From NCBI GenBank assembly GCA_011109175.1, contig RDEW01000030.1, positions 180,094-244,093 on the forward strand: a DNA stretch of 64,000 nt, given 5' to 3'. The DNA is from Dicyema japonicum (Eukaryota > Animalia > Dicyemida). The notes below the pieces were generated by a model. It made no database searches. It was not told where the DNA came from and saw only the letters and a list, made by a program, of their open reading frames with translations. Within the stretch, counting starts at the first letter, position 1, and every line of letters begins with the position of its first letter. Below are positions 50,250-62,260 of this stretch, one piece after another. A program made the position numbers and the translations under genes.

Positions 50250-50590
50250 TCTACTTTGGACAATCGTCCTCTCCACTATGCCTATCGAGCTTTCTTGAAG
50301 ACTGGTCATCTCTTCACCTGTCTGGGGCCACCTAGTAATCTCTTCAGAACCAAATATACCGGTGGCTAACAAGAACGTCACCAAACATCAAAGCGTATTC
50401 AAAATAAGAAAATTTTTGCATCTCGAATTCCACCACGGCTTCAAAATTGGCTAACGAATTTCAGGAAAACGTTGTCGGGTGAAATAATGTCTTGTCTATC
50501 TCACTACCGATTCCTTCCAAACGGAGTCCCCCAAGGCTCTGTTTTGTCTCCTACTTTCTTCAACTTGCATCTAAGCGATATTCCAACCTG
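50250..50590 (+). mobile_element. APE-type LINE RT fragment
   Basis: GVPQGSVLSPTFFNLHLSDIP. Confidence 0.8.
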
Positions 50591-51599
50591 ATTATCGCTT
50601 CTAAAGACATTTAAGAACGTATCTTGTGGGACAGTATCGCTTTTCATGGAACTTTCGTATATAAGGGCGAGCGTAAAGTTTAAGCGTATGTATTCTGACC
50701 ACGTAGATTACTCATAACCAGACTTGTCAATTTGACATTATTGACAGAAATCCACTGCTTTTTTCTGGTGGTCTCATTTTAATGACGGGAAAAATATGAA
50801 TACTTTGAGATTCGCTTTTCCTGTAGTCTTTACTATCCTTTCTGTCAGTTTCTCCAACGTAGAACAGTCAGACTGAGAGTGAATAAAGACATTAGTAGAA
50901 AGGTACCAAAACTCAGCAACATTTTTTGAGTCACAAATTAAAAATTTTATTAATATGAATAGCATATTGTAAGTTCTAATTGTTTATACACCCAAAATAA
51001 TTGATGTGGTGTTGCCTCTCATCAATCGGAGGAACTACTGGGATTTGCGAACTGCTTGTGGCTGTAACTAAATTTTAAACGAGAGAAGTTTAGGATTCAC
51101 GAAAGGTCAGGTTCCAAATCCCCCCGATTCAAAATCGAAAGAAAATGTTCCTACCACTTTCTGTACCCGAATCTCTCAAATACCTTTTGCAGTAACTGCG
51201 GTCTCTGACTGATGGAATCGCTGCAAAGAAATGTGTTCTGCCTATATATGTTATCTAAAAATTTAAAACAAGATCTTTCAGTGAATTAATTATTTTTGTA
51301 AAAATTTGTCAGGAATCACTTGCTTAGTTAAGCAGGCGCTGCCTCAAGCTGCTGTCGTATCGCCCCCTTTTCGCTTGAGACAAAGTCTGTCGTCAGTATA
51401 CGGAATTCCCATAACTCAATCACCGTCTTCCTGAAGTCGGGGAAAGTCAATTCCAAATATAAGGCGATGAAACGTTCACACACCTATCGCACTCCTACTC
51501 CAACAACTAGCAATAAAGAGGAATGAAAATGACTATGATTACGTTAAGGTCCTGGAAAGTTCCAAATAAAAAAATCCAGTCATTCTGGTTCTTTAGTAA

Positions 51600-51900
51600 C
51601 ACGACTGTTACGTGGGGCGATACTAGTCTTCAGATACATTAAACCCGTACGCAATTGAACAACGCTTATTCTATCATTGACCCTCCGGAAACACTATAGT
51701 TCATATATTAGATACTTGTGAACTGGAAATCCCTGCCCATAGTGTCCGCATTCAGAAGATAAGATTAATCTTCAATCTCTATGTAATTCATAAATTCCTT
51801 CTTTGACTTTTGTCTATTGAAGGCAACAGACTTAGCTTCTATATTTTTTTCACAGTCCTGATAGCAATTACCTCTGGCATTGAAGTTTATATTACTTAGC
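51600..51900 (-). mobile_element. RTE endonuclease remnant
   Basis: NFNARG, GHYGQGFPVHK, VNDRISVVQL. Confidence 0.65.
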
Positions 51901-52104
51901 CTGTTATAACCATCCATACGTGCATTATATATAAGTTCTATAGAGAAAGATGACCATCTCAACCAAAAAAACGTGGTTTATATTTTTTAAATAAAGTTCA
52001 ATTTACGATTTATTTAATAAACTATAAAAATTAACATAAAATTTTATTTATTAAAAAATATTTTTAAATACACAAATAGAAATTTAAAAGTAAACACTTT
52101 TGTT

Positions 52105-53462
52105 ATGAGGATTCGTGTTTTAAATCGTGATCCTAACGAATACACTCGTGCTACTAAGAAAGATGTTCATAAGAGTAATTTAACTTTATTCATTTAAGTC
52201 CACCGAAATTATGATCCAAAATTACACCCTTTTGAGATGGCCCGTGAATATACACGTGCTCTAAATGCAGTCAAACTGGAACGTGTCTTTGCGAAACCTT
52301 TCATTGGGGATCTAGCAGGACACAGCGACTCGATCAATTCGATTACATGCAGTCCCACAGATCTTTCAATTCTCCTTACTGGTTCATTCGATGGCGAGGT
52401 TTCCTTTGCATTTTATGGAGATTCGTCAATGGAATATTGCTCAAAGAAGCTGTCTTCGGAGTTTTATGGACACCCACGTGGGCTGTGTCAATGGAATTTG
52501 CTTTGGAGTTGATGGCCGTTATTTTTACTCTGTTTTTCATTATTTTTACACTAGTGTGGAACTGACAACGTTATAAACCGTTGGGATCTGCAAGGGGGAT
52601 CAAGCTGTTCACAAAATTCTTTCAAGAGATATTTTACTCGAATGGATCACATTATAAAGAGATATCTTTGTTTTTTACTCAGTCTCTTTGTGGGACGAGA
52701 GCAGGATGAACCTTTGAGGGAATTCACGTGGGGAGATGATAGTATCAATGACGTCAAGTTTAATCTCACCGAGACTAACTACGTCGCTTCTGTGGCTTCT
52801 GACCGTTGCATAACACTGTACGATATCCGAGCAGCCAATCCACTCAGAAAAGTCTCCTTTCTTATTTATTCGACAGATAACCACGCAGATGAGGTCAAAC
52901 AGATTGTGCTGGAATCCCATGGAACCCTTCATGTTGACTGTGGCTAATGAGGACTATAATCTCTACACATTTGACATTCGCTCTATGGGTAGACCATACA
53001 ACGTCCATATGGGTCACGTGGCTGCTGGTTTGTTTTAAGTTTGAGTTCTCAGTCTTAGACGTGGACTACAGTCCCACTGGACGAGAGTTGGTGTCTGCTG
53101 GCTATGACAAGAGCATCAGAATTTTCGACATAAACGCTGGGAGTTCGCATGTGCGTCAGAAAAACTGGGAATTGTATATTTATGCTGTCATCTTAACAGA
53201 TGAAACCACGTGAGAAACTTGCAGTAAATTACAACAATTCGTTGAAGGAGAAGTATGGGGATTTTCCTCAAGTGAGGAGAATACATCGTCACCGCCTAAT
53301 TTACAGAATGCACGTGAGAATAGGCTGATGAGAGAAACTAACAAGAGAAAGTCTGAATTTCTATTTATTTTTTAGGGAAAGAAATAGAAGAGCTCACAGT
53401 CGACCAGGTCAAGTACCATTTGTTAGTGAGAGATGAAGCACGTCATAAAAGAAGATGAATAA
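52105..53462 (+). CDS. DCAF13: DCAF13/SOF1 (U3 snoRNP WD40 protein); several frameshifts and a ~100-bp deletion in this sequence
   Basis: RNYDPKLHPFEMAREYTRALNAVKLERVFAKPF, CWNPMEPF, VLDVDYSPTGRELVS, ASEKLG, HSRPGQVP; introns 22-25 nt. Confidence 0.92.
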
Positions 53463-54399
53463 TTTTATTTTTTGTAAATTATTTATTTTGTTATCGTAAT
53501 TTATAAATTAAAGAGTCAAAGGGCAGTTAATCTAGTGAGCTTGAATTGCCCAGGCTGTTTCCCCTGACAATAGCTATCGAGATACGCTTTCGAAGTCATC
53601 CAGTCTCACGTATATCTTAGCTTGAAGTCCTAATATGATGATTAGGGGATGAGTGGGGTGTTGAGTTAGTTAACTTTGATTATTGATTACCGTGTTGTTC
53701 ACTTTGTGATCTGTCACTAAGGCACGCAGCTCCTAAACTTTATTTCTGACCCCGTTTATGTGGAATTACAAGACGACTAGGAGGGATCTTACTCTACACG
53801 TTTTTATTATTTTTGTTGGTTGATGACTATACAGTCACGAACACAGGAAGCTCACTCTTATGCAAATAACTATCCAGAGTTTGTAGTCAACTTAGGGAAC
53901 TTTCTGTCGATACAGAAAATAAAACCTTGAACCATCTAAAAGACAAAATTATGTCATATTTTTAGATGACATGGTCTCGGTTAAAAGTGTTCAGTCATTC
54001 TTGTCGATACTTCCAGTGGTAGAATAAATTGGCCAATAAAAGTTATGAAAGCATTCATCGAAGCAAATATTCCTCTTTACAAGATGAGGCAGCTTTCCTT
54101 GTTACGTCTATCAAGAGGAAACTTCTCCGTTACCATCTAAAATAACATGACTTGCATAAAACAAATTTCTACCGAAAAAGTAAATGAAATTGTAAGTGTA
54201 TCCTAATTTTTGTACTTAATATCGAGAATAAAGGCCTCTGTTGTGAAAAACAAAAGAAAAAATTTTTTCAAAAATTAGACATCAAATAGGACATCAGTTG
54301 CCAAAAGACAGTGAGCATTGACGCAAACTGTGCAATTCAGAGTTGTTCACCGAGTCAACCCCTCTCTCTAGGATCTCCAAACCTTAACGATATTACGTT

Positions 54400-54800
54400 C
54401 CCAATCTCTCGGATAACACCTCGGTCACACCCGAACTCTCAAACGCAATTGAGACGAAACGGAAAAGTTCCCAAACGCAGAATATTTATCCAGCTTCCTC
54501 CGTTCGGCAGACTTAGCGGCAGGACAATCTGAGTTTGTACTGGCTATCATATTCGCCAGGAAGAAAATATCAACGCGTAAATTGTACCAACAAACCATTG
54601 AAGTATCCACCCTGCGTCATCGATTGACAAACTCAGTTTTTTACACGAGAAGAATCTACGCATTTTACGTAGTCTGACAGATCCTATCACCGTCACTCCT
54701 CTGTCGGAGTCGTCGATGCGAAGGAATGGTCGCGGAGTTCATCTGGTTTTCTCAAATGCCAAAAATCTACTATGTTCGAGCACAGAATGAAAATGGAAAG
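54400..54800 (-). mobile_element. Degenerate CRE fragment
   Basis: DGVTVIGSV, FLANMIAST, AAKSAERRKLDKY. Confidence 0.65.
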
Positions 54801-55249
54801 GAATATAGGGGAACCAGGATCACCCAATTAGTTTGGTTACTACTTCCTTCTTACTCAGTGTCACCTGGGATGACTTTAAATGAGGCTGATAAAGTTAACT
54901 AATATGGGATACCAAATCTCTCCTGCACGTTTGAATGACACAACAAAACATAACTAATTTTCCTAGTAAATTCTTTGTTCATAATTAGGCGATTCGTATC
55001 CAATAGCAACATCCATGAGTCGCTTGATGTTTGATATACAAAAACACAAAGATCATAAATTACAAACTACTAGTTAGAATATTAGTTAATTTCTTAGAAG
55101 GATTGAAAACCTATAAAATAGCTGAATTGGTTGCGAAAACAGACTGTTCTTAACGATTTGAGATTCAGTGATTGTTCCATCACAGAAATTGATATTATCG
55201 GATGTTGTGGGTCTCGAATCATCGGAAATCGTGTAAAAATCCAGAATCG

Positions 55250-55870
55250 ACGAAATGAGAATAAACATTGAGTTGGGTTTTATTCAAAACTTAATGAGCT
55301 TAGTAGAAAATAAGAGTAGTTTTATGCATCTGTTACAAAAAGATCATGTAAGAATAATAGATGCTAAAAGAACAATAAAATCTTTTATGGATAAAATCAA
55401 CCTATATTTATATTATTTAAAAAATGAAATTTTTCACTTTGTGAATTCGAAAAAGTAGCAGAATATAAATGAGGAAATTTATACATTACGGTTATCTCAC
55501 TCAAAGCTGAACTTTTTATTTTTTAGTATTAGCTTTGATATTTTTAAGTGGATCATTGATCCATTCAAGTCGAAAATTTTGAACTCTGATTAAGAGAGGA
55601 ATTAATGACCTCAAAAATAATACATCTTGTGAAATTAATTTTCTGAATATTTCAATTTTTCTGTTTTGGAAGAATTCGAAGATTAAAGAACAGTTTCCAA
55701 ATCTTGTATTCTATCACTCATATAATCTTGTACTTTCCAATTTCACATCTTTTGAAAGAGGATGAGCTCATTTATTGAAAAGTGAACGAAATAATTGAAA
55801 GTTTGTGAGGTGATATTCGACTCCATTTATGTCTTTCTATGTCAAATCAAACGTTTTTCCATAAAACTGT
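55250..55870 (+). mobile_element. hAT (Charlie/Buster-like) transposase C-terminal remnant
   Basis: LLQKDHVRIIDAKRTIKSFMDKI, IDPFK, ELIDLKNN-like, FPNL, GDIRL. Confidence 0.6.
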
Positions 55871-56169
55871 TCGTTGATAGCTAGACACATAAAAGCAAAA
55901 AAAGTTAAATTTACTAACGGGCAAGGCACTAGGCGTCTCCTTAGTAAGGTGGATCCAAAGAAACCATCAGAGGGAAGGAAGATAAATTTTTAGCCAATTA
56001 GTAACATAGCACCACAGTCACAAATAATTAATCTAAGCAAGTAACTCAGGGAGAACCCCTGCATATGCTGACTTAATCCATCCTTCAATAGTCCATTGCA
56101 GGATTCCGAAGAGGGGTGAAGTAGATTCACCCTCTTCTATTTTCGTCAATGTCCTACAGTCATCATTTT

Positions 56170-56485
56170 ATTTATTTATTAACCCCGGATGCACAGAGAA
56201 AGAAGTTAAAGTATACAACTAATTAAGTGTATCCAATTTCCACTTTACAGAAACAGAGTCCATCCGGAATCAACACAAAAGGAAAAAGACGTCCATACGT
56301 GCAGCTGTGGAAACCCATCAGTGGAGTGGGTGACAGAAAATGATCCTTTTTTGTGCCGGTCTGGCACTGGGCGCCACCTAGACAGGTGAATCACATGACG
56401 CCACTCTAATAAGAAGAGTGAAAAGAAACAGAGAAACAAATATAAAACTTAAACCAATTAGCCACGCAGCACCACATGGCGCCAC
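56170..56485 (-). mobile_element. SINE family A, full-length copy
   Basis: Reverse complement of 3406-3722. Confidence 0.8.
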
Positions 56486-56588
56486 GCGGCGTACAGTCAT
56501 CATAAATAATATTAATAAAATAAACATAATATTAATAGAAATAATTAATTTAAAAATTTAATTAATAAAATTTCATAATCAATTATCA

Positions 56589-57030
56589 ATGTCGCATAAT
56601 ATAAGATATAAAGATGCTCACGATTTTGGTAGTTTTCACGGAGTTATTATTTTAAGAGAAACGGAAGTCAAGGGCACAGGCCTCACTGGAAGCTCATCCC
56701 GAGAAAGTTCCTGTATAAAAATCCCTTAGTTTTAAGGTGATCATTGAACCGGTCAAATTTTCTGAAGACCTGATTACAATTGAGAAGCGAAAGTTCATAA
56801 TCAGTCGTCGACTCCCCCTTGAGAGTATCTGTAAACTCGTTCGGAACAGACTTGCTTTGGATTCAACCTCTGCTATTTATCTCAAGATAGGGGACGTTGT
56901 CCCCTCCCTCAAGTACCCCTACTTTTAAGTGTGTAGCTCCACAATGGGACAGCTTTATACCAATTACAAAGAAGATGATGACTTACTATACATTTATTAT
57001 GCCAAGGAAAGTGTATTCGGAAGCTTTTGA
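56589..57030 (+). CDS. ATG8: ATG8/GABARAP-family ubiquitin-like protein; 4 exons with introns of 28, 24 and 24 nt; intact
   Basis: HPEKVPVIIE, EKRKFII, TMGQLY, DDLLYIYYAKESVFG-SF. Confidence 0.93.
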
Positions 57031-57871
57031 TAGTATTTTTAGTTATTTTCTATTTTTTTACTTTTTTTAATTAGCTTAGGAACTTGCAGTGATTATCAAA
57101 GTATTTAGACGGACTCTTTACCACCCCCTTGATCGAAGAGCTTGTGATCTGAGTTTCTAAGAGAGTCTAAGATACTTCAATTTGATCCCTTCACTTATGC
57201 GTCGTGAGAATCTTAGAAGATTCGAATGCACCGTGTTTAGGGAGGAATAGGAATATTAGCGAGATTATAGTGAATATAATGTTACGGAATAAATTTGAGT
57301 AATGAAGTAAAATCAATAATATATTTATTTTTTAATAGAATTGTGGTTTAGTTTGTGTTTTTGTAATTTATTATTGTTTATCAAACATTTTAAAGGTGGG
57401 AGGCGCAAACCACATTTTGAGCCACAAGTTTCATGCTTTTATAATTTATATGGAATGGCGATTGTTAGATGGAATACTTACTGCTTTTGCAAATGGTTCC
57501 AGACCTCCTCTTTCTTCAATGGCTTATATATTAACCCCAGGCTTACAATCTTTGGTAAACTCAACACAAACAGTCACAACTACTCAATCTAAAGATTTTA
57601 TTCATATGGGTTAACACAAGAGAGCTGACCAAGTCATTCATGTTTAGAAAAATAACAGTCGCCAAATATGGGATCAACTAAGGAGAAACCCTCTGACTAT
57701 AACTGAAAGATTTGTCACATCATCTGAGACCACTTTATTATGATGGACTGTACTAGTCAAACACTCCTAAAGACCCTATATGAAATAATCTCACGAAAAA
57801 GACTGTGTGATCAGTGTCTGAAAAAAAAAAATTCTTCTGTATCGTTTGACTAAATATCGTTTATTATTTAT

Positions 57872-57975
57872 GGTGGTCAGTGTAATAGGTGCAAGACCAA
57901 ATCCAAAGGGTTTCGGGTCCGAATCTCGCTGCTGTCCATTTCGGTCAAAGGTTCCACGCATAGACGATGCTTCTG
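57872..57975 (+). mobile_element. SINE family B-like 5' fragment
   Basis: gggtccgaatctcgctgctgt...aaggttccacgca.agacgatgc. Confidence 0.6.
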
Positions 57976-59063
57976 GAATTGACAAAATTGAGTCGAATCA
58001 AAGATCCGTTTATGAAACTTAAGCTATGGGCCAACTATTCTTCATGTTCCCACTTTTTGGTAAAATCATGAAATAAAAATTCTTAAGATCATAGTAACCA
58101 CCAAACTAACCCGACGTTCAAAAAGGAACCTCATCTTTGTTGTGTTCCTCCCTCGAGTCCACATATGCACGATGTTTACACTCGCAACCCCTTCGGCTTT
58201 TACACATTAGGGATTTCAGAGGCATTGGGAAAGTCCACCCAGAAATTATTCGCTGCATAACAGAGATGTTGATGTCGCAAACATAACAATATTGAAGTCA
58301 CATTTTCCATAATTTAAGGAATCGTAGTTTGATAACAATTGAAATCCACAAGTTAGAAATTGATTCGTCTTTAATTAATTCAATCAGTTCTTGTATTTCC
58401 TCCTCCGAATCAACCTCGAATGGTAACCATGGTTTTTGCAATCTAACATCCAATATTCCAACAATTCTACGCATAGAAGTTATGCATTATGGCCTGGAGG
58501 AATTGAGCACACAGTTAGTGTTACCCCTCATAAGCGCGAGGCTAATATTCTAGAAGAGCCATCGCGTCATTTAGGATCTCCCTTTCGCAGTCTTGCAGTA
58601 GGCTATATTAACCTGATAAACTCAGACGTGCTCGGGTCAAGAACAACAACCATCTAAAGGATATCGGCTGGAATGCGAACTGATTCACAAAGCTGAGATA
58701 GTTGATACTTTTCATCTGAGAAGAACATTTAAATTTATAAGACAGATTGAGAAACCTCAAAAGAGGCCAAAAAATGAAAATTCATTAATATCCCTACACA
58801 CGGAAATCTTTAGTAAAAGGCGAAAGATTTATACGCTATGTGTAGAAAACAGAACAGATGTCTTTAATTAAGGATCGAGCAGAATTTATATTATACTATG
58901 AATTGATATATTATTATTTGATGCTTTAATATAAAGAAATTTAAAGTGAATCATATTTTTAATGATTAATTATCAATTATTTTTATTGAAAATTTATTAT
59001 AAATCTATAAAAATTATAATTTATTAATTTCAAATTAATTTTAATTTTTTTAAACCACTCATT

Positions 59064-61545
59064 TTTTTGTTGAGCTGGTGACGTGGCTCTTGATCTCAAT
59101 GTCTGGAAAACACAGTATCAAGCCATTGGACTTCTCCCTTCTCACGTTTAACGTCAGGGGACTCTCTAGCGTTTGGAAACGGAAGGAACTGGTCGAGGAT
59201 CTTTCAAAATACAAGATTTCAATCGATAAAATATGTACAACCAGATCGACTACATCATATGCAGGCAAAAAGATCGAGGAATTATACTTGATGCACGAGC
59301 TTATGGTGGATCGATTATCGACAGCGACCCAAAATGGTTATTGCTAGACTTTCTCTAAAGAGATTTATGGTACTACAAAGAACGAAACGGAAGCACATTG
59401 AGACCACCGAACCCAACTATAGACGTTATAATTTGGAATCCTTAATCAGTCAATCAGAAGGGGCCCTAGAATTTAAAGAATATCTGGATACAGAACTAGA
59501 AAACATGCCTACAGATTTGCCGCTCGGAAAATCCTGGGATTTTGTAAAGCAGTCAATACATAAAGGAGTCAATCTGCATCTATTGAAAGAAAATGAGAAA
59601 ACCCCATCGCACAATGAAATTTACACGGTGAAGGACCTTGCCAATAAACAGAAGACCATATGGATGCTATATCAAAATACTGACGATTCGAACGTAAAAT
59701 CAAAATTGCGGCTAGAAAGAAAAACTATCAAAGCAAAAATAAGAAAAACTATACGCCAGCATAACAGAAATAAAGCACTGGACCAGATTAAGAAGATAGA
59801 ATCTCTCAAGGACAACGCTAGATTTTACGAGGCTGTGAAACAGATGAAAGGAAAGAGACCCCATCAACCGATAATGATAAGAGATGACAAAGGAACGCAA
59901 ATTGTGGACCAAATGGAAGTGGCTGAAATTATCGCTGCCCACTTTGGAAAACTTTTTAATCCAAGGAACGACACTATCATCCTAGAACGAGGAAAATTGG
60001 ACGAGAAAATCACACCATATGAAGTTGAACTTGCGAGTTCCAAGTTGAAAAACAACAGGACTCCTGGCCCCGACGGACTCGGTGGTGAATTCTTCAAATA
60101 TGGAACCCAAAAGCTGTATGAATGCATCGCTAGGATCCTGAATGAAATGTACTATTATGGTCACACGCTGACCCTGGGAGAGGGTATCTTGATACCTGTA
60201 CAGAAGGCGAATAAACCAAGATCTAAGGTGGAGAACCTCCGTCCGGTCATATTAATGAATTCACTTCGGAAAATTCTGGCGAACATAACATTACAAAGGA
60301 TGGAAGGACGCCTAGATACTTTTCTGTCGCCATACCACAGCGGATTCCGAAAAGGAAGATCTACTTCCGATGTTTTGTGGTCCCACAAGTGGAGATCTGC
60401 GGCCGTTCAAAAGTTCAAAATGTCTACAACCATCCTCGGAATCGACATTTCGAGGGCCTTCGACTCTGTCGACAGACGGAGGCTAATACTGGTTTTGGAA
60501 AGTTTCCTAGACGCTTCCATTGTCAGAATGGCCACCACCCTCCTTGCTGATACTTGGCTCACTATAAGAGTTGGGGAGCCTTGTCTCGCCAATTTGAGAC
60601 GACTGTTGGCACTCCACAGGGAGACCCATTATTATTTATACTTTCTGTCATATACCTTGAAGCTGCTTTACGGGAGTCAAAACCGATAATGGGTGAAAAG
60701 ACTAACATTATTGTGTATACTGACGACGTAGACTTTATTTCAAATGACAAAATACCGCTCACCCGCTTGATGGAAGAAGTGTCTGGAAGACTAGCCGAAT
60801 GGTTCCTAACAGTAAATCCGGACAAGACTGACGTAACTGAACTCAAGAGGGAAGAAACAAGGACGGAGGAGTACTGGCGCAAATGCAAAAAGCTTGGCTC
60901 CCTCCTAGGAGACCATGAAGAAATTACGAGAAGGAAAACCCTAGCACAAACTGCCCTCTCCAGATTAAAGAACATCTGGCTTCACAAAAAGGGCCTTGAC
61001 ATTATAACAAAAACTCGATTATACAACTCGCTAGTGAAACCCATACTACTATATAACGCTGGTACCTGGGCCTGCTCAAGAAATGAACTGAAGAGGCTTA
61101 ATGCGTTTCATAGAGACCAACTACGGCATATGATGTTCGAAAGAAGTGATACGAGGATGTCATCTAATCTTCTTTATAAGAGGACGAAGACCTCAGAAAT
61201 TTCTAATGAGATTCTGGATACACGATGGAGGCTTTTCGGCCATATTCTGCGACTGGACCTAGATGCCCCCGCGAACGTAGCCATGGAGGATTGCTTCTTG
61301 TTAGAGGCCCCCGTTTCCGTGGTCGCCCAAGGACGACACTGGCAGTCGTTCTCGACGAGGACCTCAAAGAAATGGGACGGCATCTTGCAAGTGGAGAGGA
61401 TCTGGACTGGTTGCGCGCTGCGGCTTTGAATAGGAGGAAGTGGATGAAACTAACCAGTGATTTGCTAACTCGTGTTGCACATGCTTTGTCAAGTCCTATG
61501 ACATAGCGATAAGTGCTTATAATAATAATAAAATAATAATAATAA
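59064..61545 (+). mobile_element. RTE LINE bounded by a 13-bp TSD; EN centre deleted; RT frameshifted
   Basis: LLTFNVRG, NQIDYII, PGPDG, NLRPVILMN, IDISRAFDS, GTPQGD, YTDD, RGRPR; (TAA)n tail; TSD TAAACCAC(T/C)CATT at 59051-59063 and 61546-61558. Confidence 0.93.
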
Positions 61546-61589
61546 TAAACCACCCATTCTAATTTTGAGCCGGTGGCATTTAATTTTGA

Positions 61590-61905
61590 GTCGGGTGCAT
61601 AGCGGTTAGGTGTCGGGCTAAAGTGACTTAGGTTACGGGTTCGATTATCGCTGCTGTTCACCTAGTGGAAGGTTCCACGCATCTACGATGCTAAAAGAAT
61701 TTGACGAGTGACGCCGTCATCAGTGGATAATCACTGCGGAACTGGATTGTCTAGAAAGGACCCACACACAAGAAAAAGAAAAAAAAAGTGAAGCTCATTC
61801 CTTGGTTCTACGATTAGTTAAAATTAACTGTTCTTTACTTAAATAAAGTGTGTGTCCTGCCTATGTGGAGCTATAGATATCATGGCTCTCGTGAAAAGGC
61901 TATTA
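61590..61905 (+). mobile_element. SINE family B, full length
   Basis: Colinear with 11093-11410. Confidence 0.9.
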
Positions 61906-62260
61906 AAAAAACAACCCATTAAGAGCCATTCAAAACGACTCAACAGAGAATCCCTTATCGGTCAGTCCGAGGGCGCTCACAATATCAAACAGAACTGTGT
62001 ACGAAAGTATGAAGTGTTGAAATCATGGAAGCTAGATGGAGACTCTTCGGAGACGTTCTGAAAATGGACCTGGATTTCCTGGCATATGTGGCCACGGACG
62101 ACTTCTTCTCCTCAACACTACCCGATTCCGTGGACGACTGAGCATCGCCCTCCCTATGGTCCATAACAAGGACCTTCAAAATACCTGGAGACGACTCAAA
62201 GAAGGATAGGATCTGGATGGACTATGAGAGCTTGCTTATAACAGGGACCAGTAGTGGATG
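61906..62260 (+). mobile_element. Short RTE-like remnants
   Basis: LNRESLIGQSEGA resembles 59410-59470; RLFGDVLKMDLDF resembles the RT C-terminus. Confidence 0.5.

Noticed and set aside
50780-51570. Possible plus-strand gene with an ankyrin-like or Tyr-motif tail
   Set aside because: Fragments do not assemble into one frame; evidence insufficient
54030-54130. AFIEANIPLYKM resembling CGGBP1-related hAT transposases
   Set aside because: Too short and isolated to call
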